Shown piece by piece: positions 1 to 10,261 of a DNA stretch of 64,000 bases. The notes under the pieces were generated by a model. It had not been told where the DNA came from. It was given only the letters and a program-made list of their open reading frames with translations, and searched no databases. This DNA is from Candidatus Gottesmanbacteria bacterium UBA6580. Its GTDB lineage: Bacteria > Patescibacteriota > Microgenomatia > UBA10105 > UBA927. The stretch spans positions 24,132-88,131 of the forward strand of contig DJJA01000004.1 of the NCBI GenBank assembly GCA_002433895.1, given 5' to 3'. Both the position numbers and the translations under genes were made by a program. Within the stretch, counting starts at the first letter, position 1. Each line of letters begins with the position of its first letter.

Positions 1-546
1 GGCTCCAGCGACAAGAGTAAGTACTATCACCACAGGCCAGAAACCCTCCATATCTTCAGGTGAAGAAAACATGGTGTTTGACACGGCAAAAAGAGAGTAA
101 ATGGTGAGGAGGACATAGTAAAGTGAAGGAGAAGCAAACAGCACGTTGTTGGCGGCATCTGCCCTCATTTGTATCCATAGACCGGGCAGGAAATAGGAAA
201 GTAACCCAAGGGTGCCTAGTCCCACAATTACCGGTGCAATGCCGATAATCGCCCTTCTGACCGGATCAGATTGGGCGATTGCGACACTTCCAGTTTTTAC
301 GTTTTTTTCTTCTAAGCCTTCGGGAACCAATGTGAGTCCGGACGTGCGTACACCGAGGATTTCCGCGGTGAACAGATGGGCAAGCTCATGAATAACGGTG
401 CCGGGAAAAAAAAGGAACGAAAGAAACCCGATAGCGGCCGGCCGTGACTTGGTGAGTAGAAAAGCCGCGATATACAGGTTTTGGCTCAGTCTCCTGGATA
501 GGATCCAGAGTACGAAAAGTTCGGCAATGATTATTGCGGGCAACAT
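1..546 (-). CDS. Partial gene running off the left window edge: membrane zinc metalloprotease, N-terminal part (site-2-protease/M50-like HExxH)
   Basis: Minus-strand ORF from ATG near 546 with no stop before position 1. Translation contains hydrophobic TM segments and FFPGTVIHELAHLFTAEILG, an HExxH metal-binding motif embedded in a TM helix as in M50 proteases. It is absent from the ORF track because it lacks a stop inside the window. Confidence 0.5.
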   Translation of the reverse strand, partial: MLPAIIIAELFVLWILSRRLSQNLYIAAFLLTKSRPAAIGFLSFLFFPGTVIHELAHLFTAEILGVRTSGLTLVPEGLEEKNVKTGSVAIAQSDPVRRAIIGIAPVIVGLGTLGLLSYFLPGLWIQMRADAANNVLFASPSLYYVLLTIYSLFAVSNTMFSSPEDMEGFWPVVIVLTLVAGA

Positions 547-927
547 ACTGCTTATGTAGTATTTATTATTTCGACGATCTGTACAAGAGTACTATTGACA
601 ACGGCCAAGGGCAAGCAGTATCGTAAGGGCGTTTTTACGCGTCACCGTTTCTCCTTTTGGGTAAAAAGAAAGAAATTGTAGGGTAAAATACCGCTGATTT
701 GTAATCTTTTCGGGTACTTGCTATCATTCAGGTTGGAGAGGCGGGTTTTCCTGGCAGTCCACAGGCGGATTGATCTAACGGGAAATCTGTCGCACGTTAA
801 CAAACGGGAGAAATGTGTATCGTTGCAGGTCCTATGGTCGGAATAATTATTCCGGATATAGGTCTTTCAAGCATACATCGCAGTGACTATTTTTCACTAT
901 CCATATCGACCATATTCGGAGGCAAGA

Positions 928-1164
928 ATGCAAAACACCAGTCAAACCAACCCAATTACCCATTTCCTGATTTTCAATCGTCCTGTAACCCGCTGGCTGT
1001 TTAAGCCGCTCGTCGTTGGCATGATTGTATTGCTGGGCGCATTTACCCCGCACGCAGTCACGACGACAGTCACTCACGCTGAAGAAGTGTTGGCGTTGCT
1101 TGTGCTGATCAGTTTGGTCTGGGGAATGAAGATAATCTTCATTAACCAAATGTTCAAGGGGTGA
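928..1164 (+). CDS. Small (78 aa) two-TM membrane protein
   Basis: An internal ATG of ORF 883..1164 is preceded by GGAGG 5 nt upstream (ttcGGAGGcaagaATG). The product has two hydrophobic helices. A strong hairpin follows directly. Confidence 0.5.
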   Translation: MQNTSQTNPITHFLIFNRPVTRWLFKPLVVGMIVLLGAFTPHAVTTTVTHAEEVLALLVLISLVWGMKIIFINQMFKG

Positions 1165-1191
1165 TTCTCTGTTTCCATCGCCGGGGGCAAG

Positions 1192-1221
1192 TCTCGAAGG
1201 GACTTGCCCTTCTTATGGACT
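1192..1221 (+). terminator. Putative intrinsic terminator after the small membrane protein gene
   Basis: GGGCAAGTC-tcgaagg-GACTTGCCC is a perfect 9-bp stem, followed by ttctt. Confidence 0.45.
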
Positions 1222-1424
1222 AGGAAAAAAAGAAAAATATAACACTGCACCGTTTTTCGGGCAATTACTTTTTTCTTTTTTTTGGTTCTGCCGTTTCTCC
1301 CGTTTGTCTTTTATTTGTGGTGTCCGCCGTCCCCTTGTTCACCTAAAGTATTGTCATCCATGGGATGATCTTTATACAACACTAGTCTGATGGGTGCTGA
1401 AACGAGCTCAGCATGACAAAGAGT

Positions 1425-2309
1425 TTAGTGGTGTCCGCCGCCCCCTTGTTCACCTCCGGTGGCTATTTGACTGACAAACATAATTCCTAGCGCGCCATAC
1501 ATGATGACAGGCATTGCCTGATCGATAAACCCGGCGGGAGGTGCTTCCTGTGTCATTTGTGTCGCTTGCCCAAAAATTTCTTGTGCTTTTTGCAGATTTT
1601 CCGGGGTAAGCTCGATACCCGCGAGGTTTAACATGTTTTCCGGCGTCGGGGTGAGCTTCGTGAAGCCGTCCATGCCGGTTAGTTCTTTCCATGTCATTTG
1701 TGCCAGGTTGTCGTTTGTCTGAAGCATTTGCGCGAGCACTTGCGACGACTCCCGTTTTCCGTTTTTGACTTGATCAACAACTTCAGCAGGTATTGGGCTA
1801 CCTGCATACTGTTCGTTGTACCGGTTAATGAGCGAAAGTGTTGCGCTTTCTGCCGGCACCGGATCGGGGAGATTGAGGGCTTTTATTTTGTCTTGTAGCG
1901 CTTGTACTTTGGCGCTTTGGTCGGCGGGTAATCCTTGCGTTTCCATGGTTGCAAGCGACCGCAACGCGTCTATCCGTACCTCATTTCCTAGCGGACTGTC
2001 GGCAGCCTGCGTTGCGAGAGAGGTGACGAGTAAGCGCATGTCACGTAAATCCAAAAGCAACGCATTCGCTTCGTGTAAGAGTGCCGTTACGGTTTCGCGG
2101 GGAGGAAGGTTTTCTGCCGGTTTTGTCGCCTCGGCTACCGGTTTTCCTGCGGCAATTTCTTCTAACGTATGTCTGGCGGCACTGCTCGTGGGCGGTGTTT
2201 CCGGTTTTTGGGCGGATTTTTCTTTGGGAGGGGTAGCGGGAGCGGCAGGTTTTGCCTCAGGCGTTGTCGGCGCTTTTGGTGCTTCCGGTTTTGGGGTTGG
2301 TTCCATCAT
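1425..2309 (-). CDS. Hypothetical Pro/Ala-rich protein with a C-terminal transmembrane helix and a Gly-rich tail
   Basis: 294-aa ORF with a low-complexity PEAPKAPTTPEAKPAAP N-terminus. The C-terminal hydrophobic segment PVIMYGALGIMFVSQIATGG is followed by GEQGGGGHH. No catalytic motifs recognised. Confidence 0.5.
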   Translation of the reverse strand: MMEPTPKPEAPKAPTTPEAKPAAPATPPKEKSAQKPETPPTSSAARHTLEEIAAGKPVAEATKPAENLPPRETVTALLHEANALLLDLRDMRLLVTSLATQAADSPLGNEVRIDALRSLATMETQGLPADQSAKVQALQDKIKALNLPDPVPAESATLSLINRYNEQYAGSPIPAEVVDQVKNGKRESSQVLAQMLQTNDNLAQMTWKELTGMDGFTKLTPTPENMLNLAGIELTPENLQKAQEIFGQATQMTQEAPPAGFIDQAMPVIMYGALGIMFVSQIATGGEQGGGGHH

Positions 2310-2398
2310 ATAACCAGTATACCCGAAAAATGCCTTGTGTAGTCAAGAAACGATTGGAATATTGCGTAGTAGCGTGTTGTCCTTCATACTAAAGAGAT

Positions 2399-2953
2399 AT
2401 GGATTACAAACAATTGTGGGATCGGTGGGTATCGTTAACGTTGTTAACTGAAGAAGATAGGGCAGAAATGATTGAGCGGTTACACGAGGAGGTAACAAGC
2501 GGTATTACGGCACTTGCGACACTGGGCGTCGCGCAGATGGAAAAAGTTCTTGCGGAGCAGACGTACGGAAAAAAAGATGAGTACCTTAAGGCGGTCGCTC
2601 CGGTCGTCGCCCTATCGTCGCTGGATGGGTATTTTCTTTCTCTGATGGAGCGCGGCATACATCCCCAAAAAGCTGATTTAGCCAAACAGGAAAGCACAAA
2701 AGCAGTAGGGGAAACATGGAGCCGCGGACACCAAAAAGATCAAAATAAATCATACGTGGAAAAAATCGACCCGGTCGTGATCCTCATGCTGGAGCGGATC
2801 TATGATCTCCGGGTCAATCAAACGCTTTCATTCCACCCTGAGATAGTAGAACTGCCATATAAGGTGACGGAAAAGCTCCATCAGTATATCGGTTGGGCAG
2901 TGTATCAGGGATATGTTATCGGTGAGATGGAAAACGAGTTGTCCCGTCCATAA
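2399..2953 (+). CDS. Hypothetical protein
   Basis: 184-aa ORF whose stop abuts the start of the next gene (2953/2956), suggesting co-transcription. No motifs recognised. Confidence 0.45.
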   Translation: MDYKQLWDRWVSLTLLTEEDRAEMIERLHEEVTSGITALATLGVAQMEKVLAEQTYGKKDEYLKAVAPVVALSSLDGYFLSLMERGIHPQKADLAKQESTKAVGETWSRGHQKDQNKSYVEKIDPVVILMLERIYDLRVNQTLSFHPEIVELPYKVTEKLHQYIGWAVYQGYVIGEMENELSRP

Positions 2954-2955
2954 CC

Positions 2956-4077
2956 ATGCCAGAACATACCATCGGTGTACGCCCCAAAGATATCGTCCAT
3001 CAGAAACAAACTGCGGAAGGATCGCTCACGGTTTCTTACAATAAGCGCGATATCGTGGCAAATACCATTGGGCATGTATTGGCAATTCCGACGACCCATA
3101 CCCTATTGTGGACCTGGGGAAGCGCGTTTAAAAATCCCACCAGAGAGCTTGCGGAGCAGTTGTTTGACCGGTATAAAGACGTCCCGTGGAAAGGTGATGT
3201 CCTTGTGCGGGTGGGACATACGGAGATATTTAACGATATTAAGCGGATGCTGGCGCGGAACGAAGATGTGCGCGGCAGACCGTGGAATATAAAAGATAAG
3301 GTGGGCAGGACGCTCGAGTACGCGGGAAAAGCCGGCATTGTAGTTTTGCAGGTGCCGACACTAGTAAAAAATAAAATTTTCCGAAGAGATTATTACAATC
3401 CATTTAGTAATACGGTTAACATCTATCATCCCCGGTTAGCCGCAGGCATGCACGAGCTGGGACACGCTGAATTTTTTAACCAAATGGAGAACAAAAAACG
3501 TGCCGCGTATTACCTCGCGATGGTTAATCCTATCGTGCAGCTACCATTTTTCCGTTCGTTTATGGAATATCAGGCAAGTAGTATTGCGATGAAGCGGTTT
3601 AAAAACGATACAGAACGGCGACAAGGTCTTAAGATACTCGAAGCCGCATGGGCGACGTATTTGGGTATCGATGCATTGACGGCGGCCGCTATTGTGGCGC
3701 CGGCACTCGCGTTGCCCCTGTTGAAGTCAGCAATATCCATATCCATTGCGTTGCCATCAATAGGGTACAAGGCGGTCGTTACCGCGGGACTTGCGCCATA
3801 TGGCGCTGCTTTTGCAGGACATGCCATGAACCGGCTATACCCGAAGAAAGATCAGCGTTTTGGGTATATTTTTGAAGGAAAGTATCCGGTCAAAGCTCCT
3901 GCTGCCGCACTTGGGCCGCATCAGGTATTGGAAGCGACAGCGCGACCTGTCGAAATAAAAAAACCTGAGGGAACACCAGGAGATCATGACAGACATTCGC
4001 ACCGGCAATTTGGGTCTGGGGGCGACAGAAGCGGGAAGCGACCACTTCATAGTAATTCAAACCGCATCACCTTTTAA
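2956..4077 (+). CDS. Putative membrane-associated zinc metalloprotease (HExxH)
   Basis: Contains MHELGHAEF (an HELGH zincin motif, as in M48-type peptidases) and C-terminal hydrophobic helices (AAIVAPALALPLLKSAISISIALPSIGYKAVVTAGLAPYG). Family assignment is uncertain. Confidence 0.45.
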   Translation: MPEHTIGVRPKDIVHQKQTAEGSLTVSYNKRDIVANTIGHVLAIPTTHTLLWTWGSAFKNPTRELAEQLFDRYKDVPWKGDVLVRVGHTEIFNDIKRMLARNEDVRGRPWNIKDKVGRTLEYAGKAGIVVLQVPTLVKNKIFRRDYYNPFSNTVNIYHPRLAAGMHELGHAEFFNQMENKKRAAYYLAMVNPIVQLPFFRSFMEYQASSIAMKRFKNDTERRQGLKILEAAWATYLGIDALTAAAIVAPALALPLLKSAISISIALPSIGYKAVVTAGLAPYGAAFAGHAMNRLYPKKDQRFGYIFEGKYPVKAPAAALGPHQVLEATARPVEIKKPEGTPGDHDRHSHRQFGSGGDRSGKRPLHSNSNRITF

Positions 4078-4363
4078 GACATTTCCGCGGGATTTTTGGA
4101 GGCAGTTATTTTCCTTGTTATTTGTTCTTTCTTTTACTACAATGATTGTTTCCGGCTCAAAAAATGTATGACACACACAGAACGAGAAGAACAGGAAGGA
4201 ATGGATGAAGTTGAAAGTGCGCATGGAGCGCATCATCCGCCGCATGCGGCTCATGGGGAAATGACCCGGACACTCGCCACCATTGAACAGGCGCACCATA
4301 ACAAGCACCACCGCGTGATGCATCGCACCCTCCGGTGGCCGATACACAGTAATACCCCAAGAA

Positions 4364-7129
4364 TTACGTTTTAATCCGCCGGATAATCATCCATGGGGCG
4401 ATGAGGAAGATAACGCCGAGATACTGCAGTAGTTGGGGCATAAAAAAGAGGATGATTTTCTCCTGTGGTTGAGTCAAAATCCATCCGTTCGCCCAGTTAT
4501 TGACGAGAATATGTTGCGTCAGTAAGTTGCCTTCTGACCACGCGAGCCAGCCTGTATCGTATGACTGATTGAGCGTGATAGCTGTGTTGTCTGATGGAGG
4601 TAGCGTCACGACATAGAGACCGCTTATGGGATGCCATACTTCCGTGGGTGTGGTGGCGGGTGATTTACTGATAAAGGGAATTTCCCGTGTGTGTACGTTA
4701 ACAACGGCAGAGAGCCGTATATCTACAAGGTCATTGATGCTCGTGTACTGGTTCAGTGATGAATTCGTGATTATCACGTTATAACTAACTTCCGACTGAA
4801 ATGACGGAGGGATAAGGTATGCGCTACGGGTGAATGTGCGATGTGCGGGGAGGCGGATATCGAGGCCGGCGGGTCTCCCTTTGTTGATGACCGAGACGAG
4901 AAGCGGTTCACCGGTTAGGTGGCGGGATGTTATCTCCAGGACATACGCATTGTTTGTGTCTATTCCTTCAAGTGTGATGTTTTGACATGTGTCACCCTTG
5001 GTCGTAGTAAACCGTATGCTGCCGCCGTTTGTAACGCGTTCTGAGACGGTTTGCGTCGAGTTTTGTGGCTCACAGGGGACAGATAGGGATGATGTGGCAG
5101 CAACCGTTGCTACCGGGATAAGCGTCAGTTGACCGAGTTGCGTGGGTGACAGTGGTTCTCCCCGTTTTGAAAACCGTAGCCTATCGGGATCAGTGACATC
5201 AGCGGCTTTGCTGTTGTCCGACATATACGCGGATATACTAGCGTACGCGCGGTCAGTGTCGTTGTAAGGATACGCGGGGAGCACATTGGGAAGGTTGGTT
5301 ATTGCGACCGGGGATGGGTATGTGTTTTTCCGTTCATAAACAGTAATCGGCAGCACTTTTTTGCCGGTATGGCTTATCTGTTTGGTATATCCTTGGTCCG
5401 TTTCGAGGTGTTTATAGAAATCCAGTGACGAAAGAAACCCCTTTTGACTGCGGCAATGGGTGATATTGTGATCATACAGGATGTAGCGCACCCCATATTT
5501 ATCAAATATCCGGCCGACAGCAGTGTAATCCTGTTGCCGGAGCGCGGTACTGAGCTCCCAGTAATAGTTTTCATTGGTGTGATTCCAGACATCAAAGGCT
5601 CTCGCCATGATTGGGTGTCTCAAGCCGTACCAGAGAAATCCTGAGCCAAAATATCCCCAGAGTTCGTTGTACCAGCCTTCGGCGCAGTCCTGGGGAAAAT
5701 CTGCAATTTTTCCGTCGGGAAGTGCGTTTATGTCATTGATGAGGCGGAGATATTGGGCGGGAACCTGCACGTACATTTTGCGGTAAATAAGCTGCCCTTG
5801 GAATACTGGTGCCGCGTACATTAGGATAATGCCTGTCATGGTCATCAGGGTGGAAATGAGGAAGATGCGGTATCGTTTGTTCTGGAATAGTTGCAATCCT
5901 GCCATGAGGCCGATAGCGAGAAATAGCGCGTAATGGAATGATAATCCTGTGCCAAACTTGGTAAATGTGGTGCGGAATGCCTGCGCGAGCGCCGGCGAAT
6001 GAGATTGGATAAGTTGGAAGCCCCACGAAAATGGCGGCATGTCTATCGCAATATTGCCAAAAAAATAGAGGAGCGATAGGACCAATCCATAGGAAAGCGG
6101 TGAGTGTTTGTGCTGAAGGGCGACAAAGACACCATAAAGCATAAAGGCAAAAAGTACATAGCTGATAGCCGGTATTACCGGATGGGTATGGTGTTGTTTC
6201 CATGGGGCAAGGATGGCGCCGCCAAGTTCATTGCTGTCCCACAGCATGCTTTTCAGTGCCGCAACATCGGCGAGCGATCCGTATTGGATGCTTTTGGCGA
6301 TAAACTTAGGAGTGGAAGTTATATTGTTATACGCATTGATATAGTCTTTTGACTGGGTAAGGGAAAAATAACCGACCGGTGCTAGCCAATAAAAGTTTGT
6401 GGCGATGACACATATCCATATGATGGCTGTTTTTTGTAGTGCTGACTTTTGGAAACGCTGAAAAACAATAAATACGCTGGTAATGATTGCCAGCGATACG
6501 GCGTAGGCGGCAAATACTGCCGGAATAAATCCCTGGATAGACGTGATGAGAAGGGTAATACAGAAGAACACGACCCGTTTTTTCGTGATCTGTTCGAGGG
6601 TCAGCATCAGTCCGTAAGTGAGCCAGGGGAGTGCAGCAAAATGCACGGTAAATGCTTCAAGTGGCACATAAAACGTTTGGATGGTGCCGAGGTTTAAGAG
6701 GTAGTAAAGGCTTGATATAAAGGAGACTGCCCATATTATTTTTTCTTTCGGATTATGGTTATGAAATACAGAGGTGAGCAGTTTGTGGCTTACCAATAAC
6801 ATACCCAAACCCCCTACGTAGTAGCAGAGGAATATAAACACCGAGCGGAGGAGGTGTTGGGGGATGATAACCGATAATAAGCCGATGATTATGGTGTGTG
6901 GCAGTGTTGCGGCAAATCCGTGACCCCCCACCAATCCCGCACCGTAGTACTCCTGCCACCCCGCAGTCAGTCCGCGGACAACATTAAGCGGTATGTTTAG
7001 TTCCGGATATAGTCCATCCCACCCCATGAGCCAGTGATCCGATCTTATATTCACCGCAATAACTATTCCCACGACTAGGTGGTATAGGGCTAAAGCGAAT
7101 ATTCGTGGTGATAGGTTAGTACGAAACAT
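4364..7129 (-). CDS. Large polytopic membrane protein (about 12+ TM helices plus a 350-aa C-terminal extracytoplasmic domain); putative GT-C-type glycosyltransferase or polymerase (YfhO/ArnT-like architecture)
   Basis: 921-aa ORF. The N-terminal 550 aa are almost entirely hydrophobic helices and the C-terminal third is soluble. Its start overlaps the stop of the upstream gene (7116..7129), so it is the last gene of a minus-strand operon that also contains a GT4 enzyme. Confidence 0.55.
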   Translation of the reverse strand: MFRTNLSPRIFALALYHLVVGIVIAVNIRSDHWLMGWDGLYPELNIPLNVVRGLTAGWQEYYGAGLVGGHGFAATLPHTIIIGLLSVIIPQHLLRSVFIFLCYYVGGLGMLLVSHKLLTSVFHNHNPKEKIIWAVSFISSLYYLLNLGTIQTFYVPLEAFTVHFAALPWLTYGLMLTLEQITKKRVVFFCITLLITSIQGFIPAVFAAYAVSLAIITSVFIVFQRFQKSALQKTAIIWICVIATNFYWLAPVGYFSLTQSKDYINAYNNITSTPKFIAKSIQYGSLADVAALKSMLWDSNELGGAILAPWKQHHTHPVIPAISYVLFAFMLYGVFVALQHKHSPLSYGLVLSLLYFFGNIAIDMPPFSWGFQLIQSHSPALAQAFRTTFTKFGTGLSFHYALFLAIGLMAGLQLFQNKRYRIFLISTLMTMTGIILMYAAPVFQGQLIYRKMYVQVPAQYLRLINDINALPDGKIADFPQDCAEGWYNELWGYFGSGFLWYGLRHPIMARAFDVWNHTNENYYWELSTALRQQDYTAVGRIFDKYGVRYILYDHNITHCRSQKGFLSSLDFYKHLETDQGYTKQISHTGKKVLPITVYERKNTYPSPVAITNLPNVLPAYPYNDTDRAYASISAYMSDNSKAADVTDPDRLRFSKRGEPLSPTQLGQLTLIPVATVAATSSLSVPCEPQNSTQTVSERVTNGGSIRFTTTKGDTCQNITLEGIDTNNAYVLEITSRHLTGEPLLVSVINKGRPAGLDIRLPAHRTFTRSAYLIPPSFQSEVSYNVIITNSSLNQYTSINDLVDIRLSAVVNVHTREIPFISKSPATTPTEVWHPISGLYVVTLPPSDNTAITLNQSYDTGWLAWSEGNLLTQHILVNNWANGWILTQPQEKIILFFMPQLLQYLGVIFLIAPWMIIRRIKT

Positions 7130-8552
7130 AAAATCCGTCCGTTATAGTGTTTTGGATTGCTGCCTGTTGGTTTATGGGAAAAGCGCCACAATTTTCTATT
7201 ACCCAGTCAATATCGGCGGCGAGTATATATGCTTTTTTACATACACCGTTTGTTTTGTATATAGCACTGGTCGGATGATCCATATCAGTGTGGTTAGTGC
7301 GGTCGACAAATATTTCCGGTGTGGGATTATACAGTGCCGGATAATGGTCGAGGACAAGCGTTGCCTGTGGCGCGTGGGAGAGGGTATTGGAAAATACGGG
7401 ATACAACAATGAATTCGTAGAAAGGGTAACTATTTGCGTCAGTGCGATCAGCGCTACGATCGTGATTTCTTTTGCCACGCGCATGTGGCTATAGAGTACG
7501 AGTACAATCAAATAAGGAACAAGGATAACGGCATGCCGTGATGGTCCATATCCTGAGGTGCCATAATGCCATGCAGGATTTGTCTGGTAGGCAAGGAGGG
7601 TAAGGAGCATAAGTACCGCTAACCATAACGCGGAGGCATGTTTGGTGCCGTTTTTATATACCTGCCACAGCCCAGCTACCGTAAGTATCGGTGCATACCA
7701 GAATACGCCGACATTGAGATCAAACAATTGTTCAAATAATTTTTGCGCGCTGATGTTGTGCAGTCCAAAACCGTATGTTTTTGTCCAGAAATCCTGGAGA
7801 ATGGTCCACGGCGTCCATGTGGCAAAGTGGAGATAATTATAGAGGTAGGGAATTGCCGCAAGCCCGATAATGGTAAGCACTGACAATACATATTTCCCTC
7901 CATTTTTCTTTACCGAAGCGCGCAGTTCATATGCTGAGACCGCCAGTATACCTGCAGTCATGACCATGATCGGTTGACTATGCCACGACGCGAGTGCGGC
8001 AAAAATTCCTGCGGTAAGCCACTGGCGCTCCATGTAAAAACAAAGCGCGATGAAAAAAAGACATAAAAACAATATGTCGGGACCCGGCCACAAAAGAAAT
8101 GAAAGTAGCGGTGAACTAAAGAGTAAGAAAAATAAGGCAAATTGTTTGTGGGAAGCATGAAAAAACCGTTGCATGGCGTAGACTACCGTAAGAGTAAGGA
8201 GAAGGGTATTGACCAAAGGAAACACAAGGAGCGGATGTATCCCAAACTGTTCCAGCAGGAAACGAAACGGTGTCAGGAGAATGGAATATCCCACAAAATG
8301 CATGGGATACCGGTAGCCGTCCTTGCCGGTGAGGTAATAGCCGGGATTGGTAAAGTATTCGGGATGTAGGCTTGCTGATAGCGCGTTTTTGTCTTCGTCT
8401 GTCAGCCTTAGGCTTCCGTGCCGGAGGAGGGATTCGGTTACGCCGTAGTATTCGGCGATGTCACCTGCAGGTTCCGGGGGCGGGTTGCCAAGATATACCC
8501 CGAAAATAAGTCCTGCTGTAAGTAGTGTGACCGCGAGCGGCAATAATTTCAT
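7116..8552 (-). CDS. Polytopic integral membrane protein, putative GT-C-like glycosyltransferase/flippase partner
   Basis: 478-aa ORF with 10 or more hydrophobic helices. It is translationally overlapped with the downstream gene and preceded by a GT4 gene. Confidence 0.55.
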   Translation of the reverse strand: MKLLPLAVTLLTAGLIFGVYLGNPPPEPAGDIAEYYGVTESLLRHGSLRLTDEDKNALSASLHPEYFTNPGYYLTGKDGYRYPMHFVGYSILLTPFRFLLEQFGIHPLLVFPLVNTLLLTLTVVYAMQRFFHASHKQFALFFLLFSSPLLSFLLWPGPDILFLCLFFIALCFYMERQWLTAGIFAALASWHSQPIMVMTAGILAVSAYELRASVKKNGGKYVLSVLTIIGLAAIPYLYNYLHFATWTPWTILQDFWTKTYGFGLHNISAQKLFEQLFDLNVGVFWYAPILTVAGLWQVYKNGTKHASALWLAVLMLLTLLAYQTNPAWHYGTSGYGPSRHAVILVPYLIVLVLYSHMRVAKEITIVALIALTQIVTLSTNSLLYPVFSNTLSHAPQATLVLDHYPALYNPTPEIFVDRTNHTDMDHPTSAIYKTNGVCKKAYILAADIDWVIENCGAFPINQQAAIQNTITDGFYVSY

Positions 8553-8581
8553 AGGCAGAGCGTGATTTTACCGGCTGACGA

Positions 8582-9913
8582 TTATGTATATCGTAACGCA
8601 GGTTGACCTTTGAAAGAAAGGGCAGATGAAAAGAGTAAGTCTTCGTATCCCCGGGCAACTTTGGTATACGATCGGGTCGCGCGCAGACTTGTCGCCATCG
8701 TGGCGAGCTTCGCTTTGCGGCCGTTTTTAAGTACCGCGCGGGTCATGTCGATAATCGACTGCGGATACAGATCAAAGGTGATATCACTTGTTTTGAGTCC
8801 CGCATCATTTAATTGCCGTACAAAGTCTTCGCTGTGAAACATTTCGGCAAGCGGGCGGGATATGATAAACGGTTTGCGGTATGAAAATACAAGCGAGAGC
8901 ACTCCTGACGCGGTCATATAATGGCGGTAGGGAAATACCACCAAGTCCGCGGCGGAAAAATATGTCGCAATATCTTTTTGCGGCACGTAGCCGGTGAGTT
9001 GTATATGATGGCTCGCGTTTACTTCTTCACGCACGCCGCGCAGAAAGTTTTGGTAGTAATGTTTGTCCGCGAGCGTTGGACTTTCGCCGCCCGCGATAAT
9101 GACATGGGTGCGTTTACCAAGCATCGTTTTGACCCGAGCGAAGGTGCGGGCAAATATGTCTGCCCCCTTAAACCAGTTGATGTAGCCAAAAAACAGGATG
9201 ACATGATCGTTTGCGGGGATCCCGAGTTTTTTGCGTGCTAATTTCATGGTGATAGGTTTTAGTGATGCATCAACTCCGTGCGGAATTGCCGCGGCCTTTA
9301 CCCATGGTGCTAACTTTTCCAGTTTTTCCTGAAGCGATGTTTCCAGCACGATAACGTTCGAGGAAACAAACGCTAAAATACGGTAAAACGTATGGAAAAG
9401 CAGATTGTACATGTCTCCGATAAATTGGTCTTTGGGGCCACTTCCTAAGCCCACGTGCCCTTTGAGTTTTATGACGTCGTCAACCACGTGGTGGAGGGTC
9501 ACAAACGTGCGGTATTTCCGTGCCCGCAGGTAACCCAGGAACAATAAGCCAAGCGAAGAAACAAACGGGTTGCCATACATGGCAAAGTCATATTGGGTAA
9601 GTGTCGTTTTTGCTTCCGGAAAAAGCCGTAGAACGCGGAGAATGTCTGACCACATATCGGCGTTTCCTTTTTTGAAACACCGGATAACCAGAATATGGTT
9701 TTCGATATAACTTTCGGGCTGATCGTCTATGTCACACAGCACGATAATCCTGCGCCGCATATTTTTGATAACGTTTTTGGTGTATGAGGCAACCCCAGTT
9801 TTACCCGTCGAGTACATTTCTCCCCGCTTCGGATAGGGGGAAACCACGACAAGGGTGCCGGGGTTGTTGTACCGTTTTATGATGCTATTTGAGATAGTAG
9901 GTATACTATTCAT
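8582..9913 (-). CDS. Glycosyltransferase family 4 (GT-B, group 1)
   Basis: 443-aa ORF with the GT4 C-terminal Rossmann domain pattern (…VIIAGGESPTLADKHY…GYVPQKD…ADLVVFPYRHYMTASGVLSLVFSYRKPFIISR…). First gene of the 9913→4364 minus-strand operon. Confidence 0.7.
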   Translation of the reverse strand: MNSIPTISNSIIKRYNNPGTLVVVSPYPKRGEMYSTGKTGVASYTKNVIKNMRRRIIVLCDIDDQPESYIENHILVIRCFKKGNADMWSDILRVLRLFPEAKTTLTQYDFAMYGNPFVSSLGLLFLGYLRARKYRTFVTLHHVVDDVIKLKGHVGLGSGPKDQFIGDMYNLLFHTFYRILAFVSSNVIVLETSLQEKLEKLAPWVKAAAIPHGVDASLKPITMKLARKKLGIPANDHVILFFGYINWFKGADIFARTFARVKTMLGKRTHVIIAGGESPTLADKHYYQNFLRGVREEVNASHHIQLTGYVPQKDIATYFSAADLVVFPYRHYMTASGVLSLVFSYRKPFIISRPLAEMFHSEDFVRQLNDAGLKTSDITFDLYPQSIIDMTRAVLKNGRKAKLATMATSLRATRSYTKVARGYEDLLFSSALSFKGQPALRYT

Positions 9914-10261
9914 ACCAGGTAGTGAAATTTCGACTGTCGCATTTTACGCTTGTCGAAACCCCAATGTCCTTTCGTATTACAAATCTCCTTTGTTTGTTCA
10001 GATAGTTATCGAACGGCGACGACGCAAAGCGTGTCGAAATTCTACTATCTGGCATATAGTTTTTATTTGCGTTGTCCTGAGTAGAGAACAGTTTCTCTAT
10101 TCGGGACAACGGCATACAGGGATTGTAAAACTACAAAAAAGATCGAAAGATAAACTTTCAATAATTTAAGCAGTCTACAATTGTAGCCATGTGTCCGACC
10201 AATACCCGGCCGAGGGTTTATGAGCCCTCGGTCGGGTAACAATCAGGTCAGCCAGTGATGG

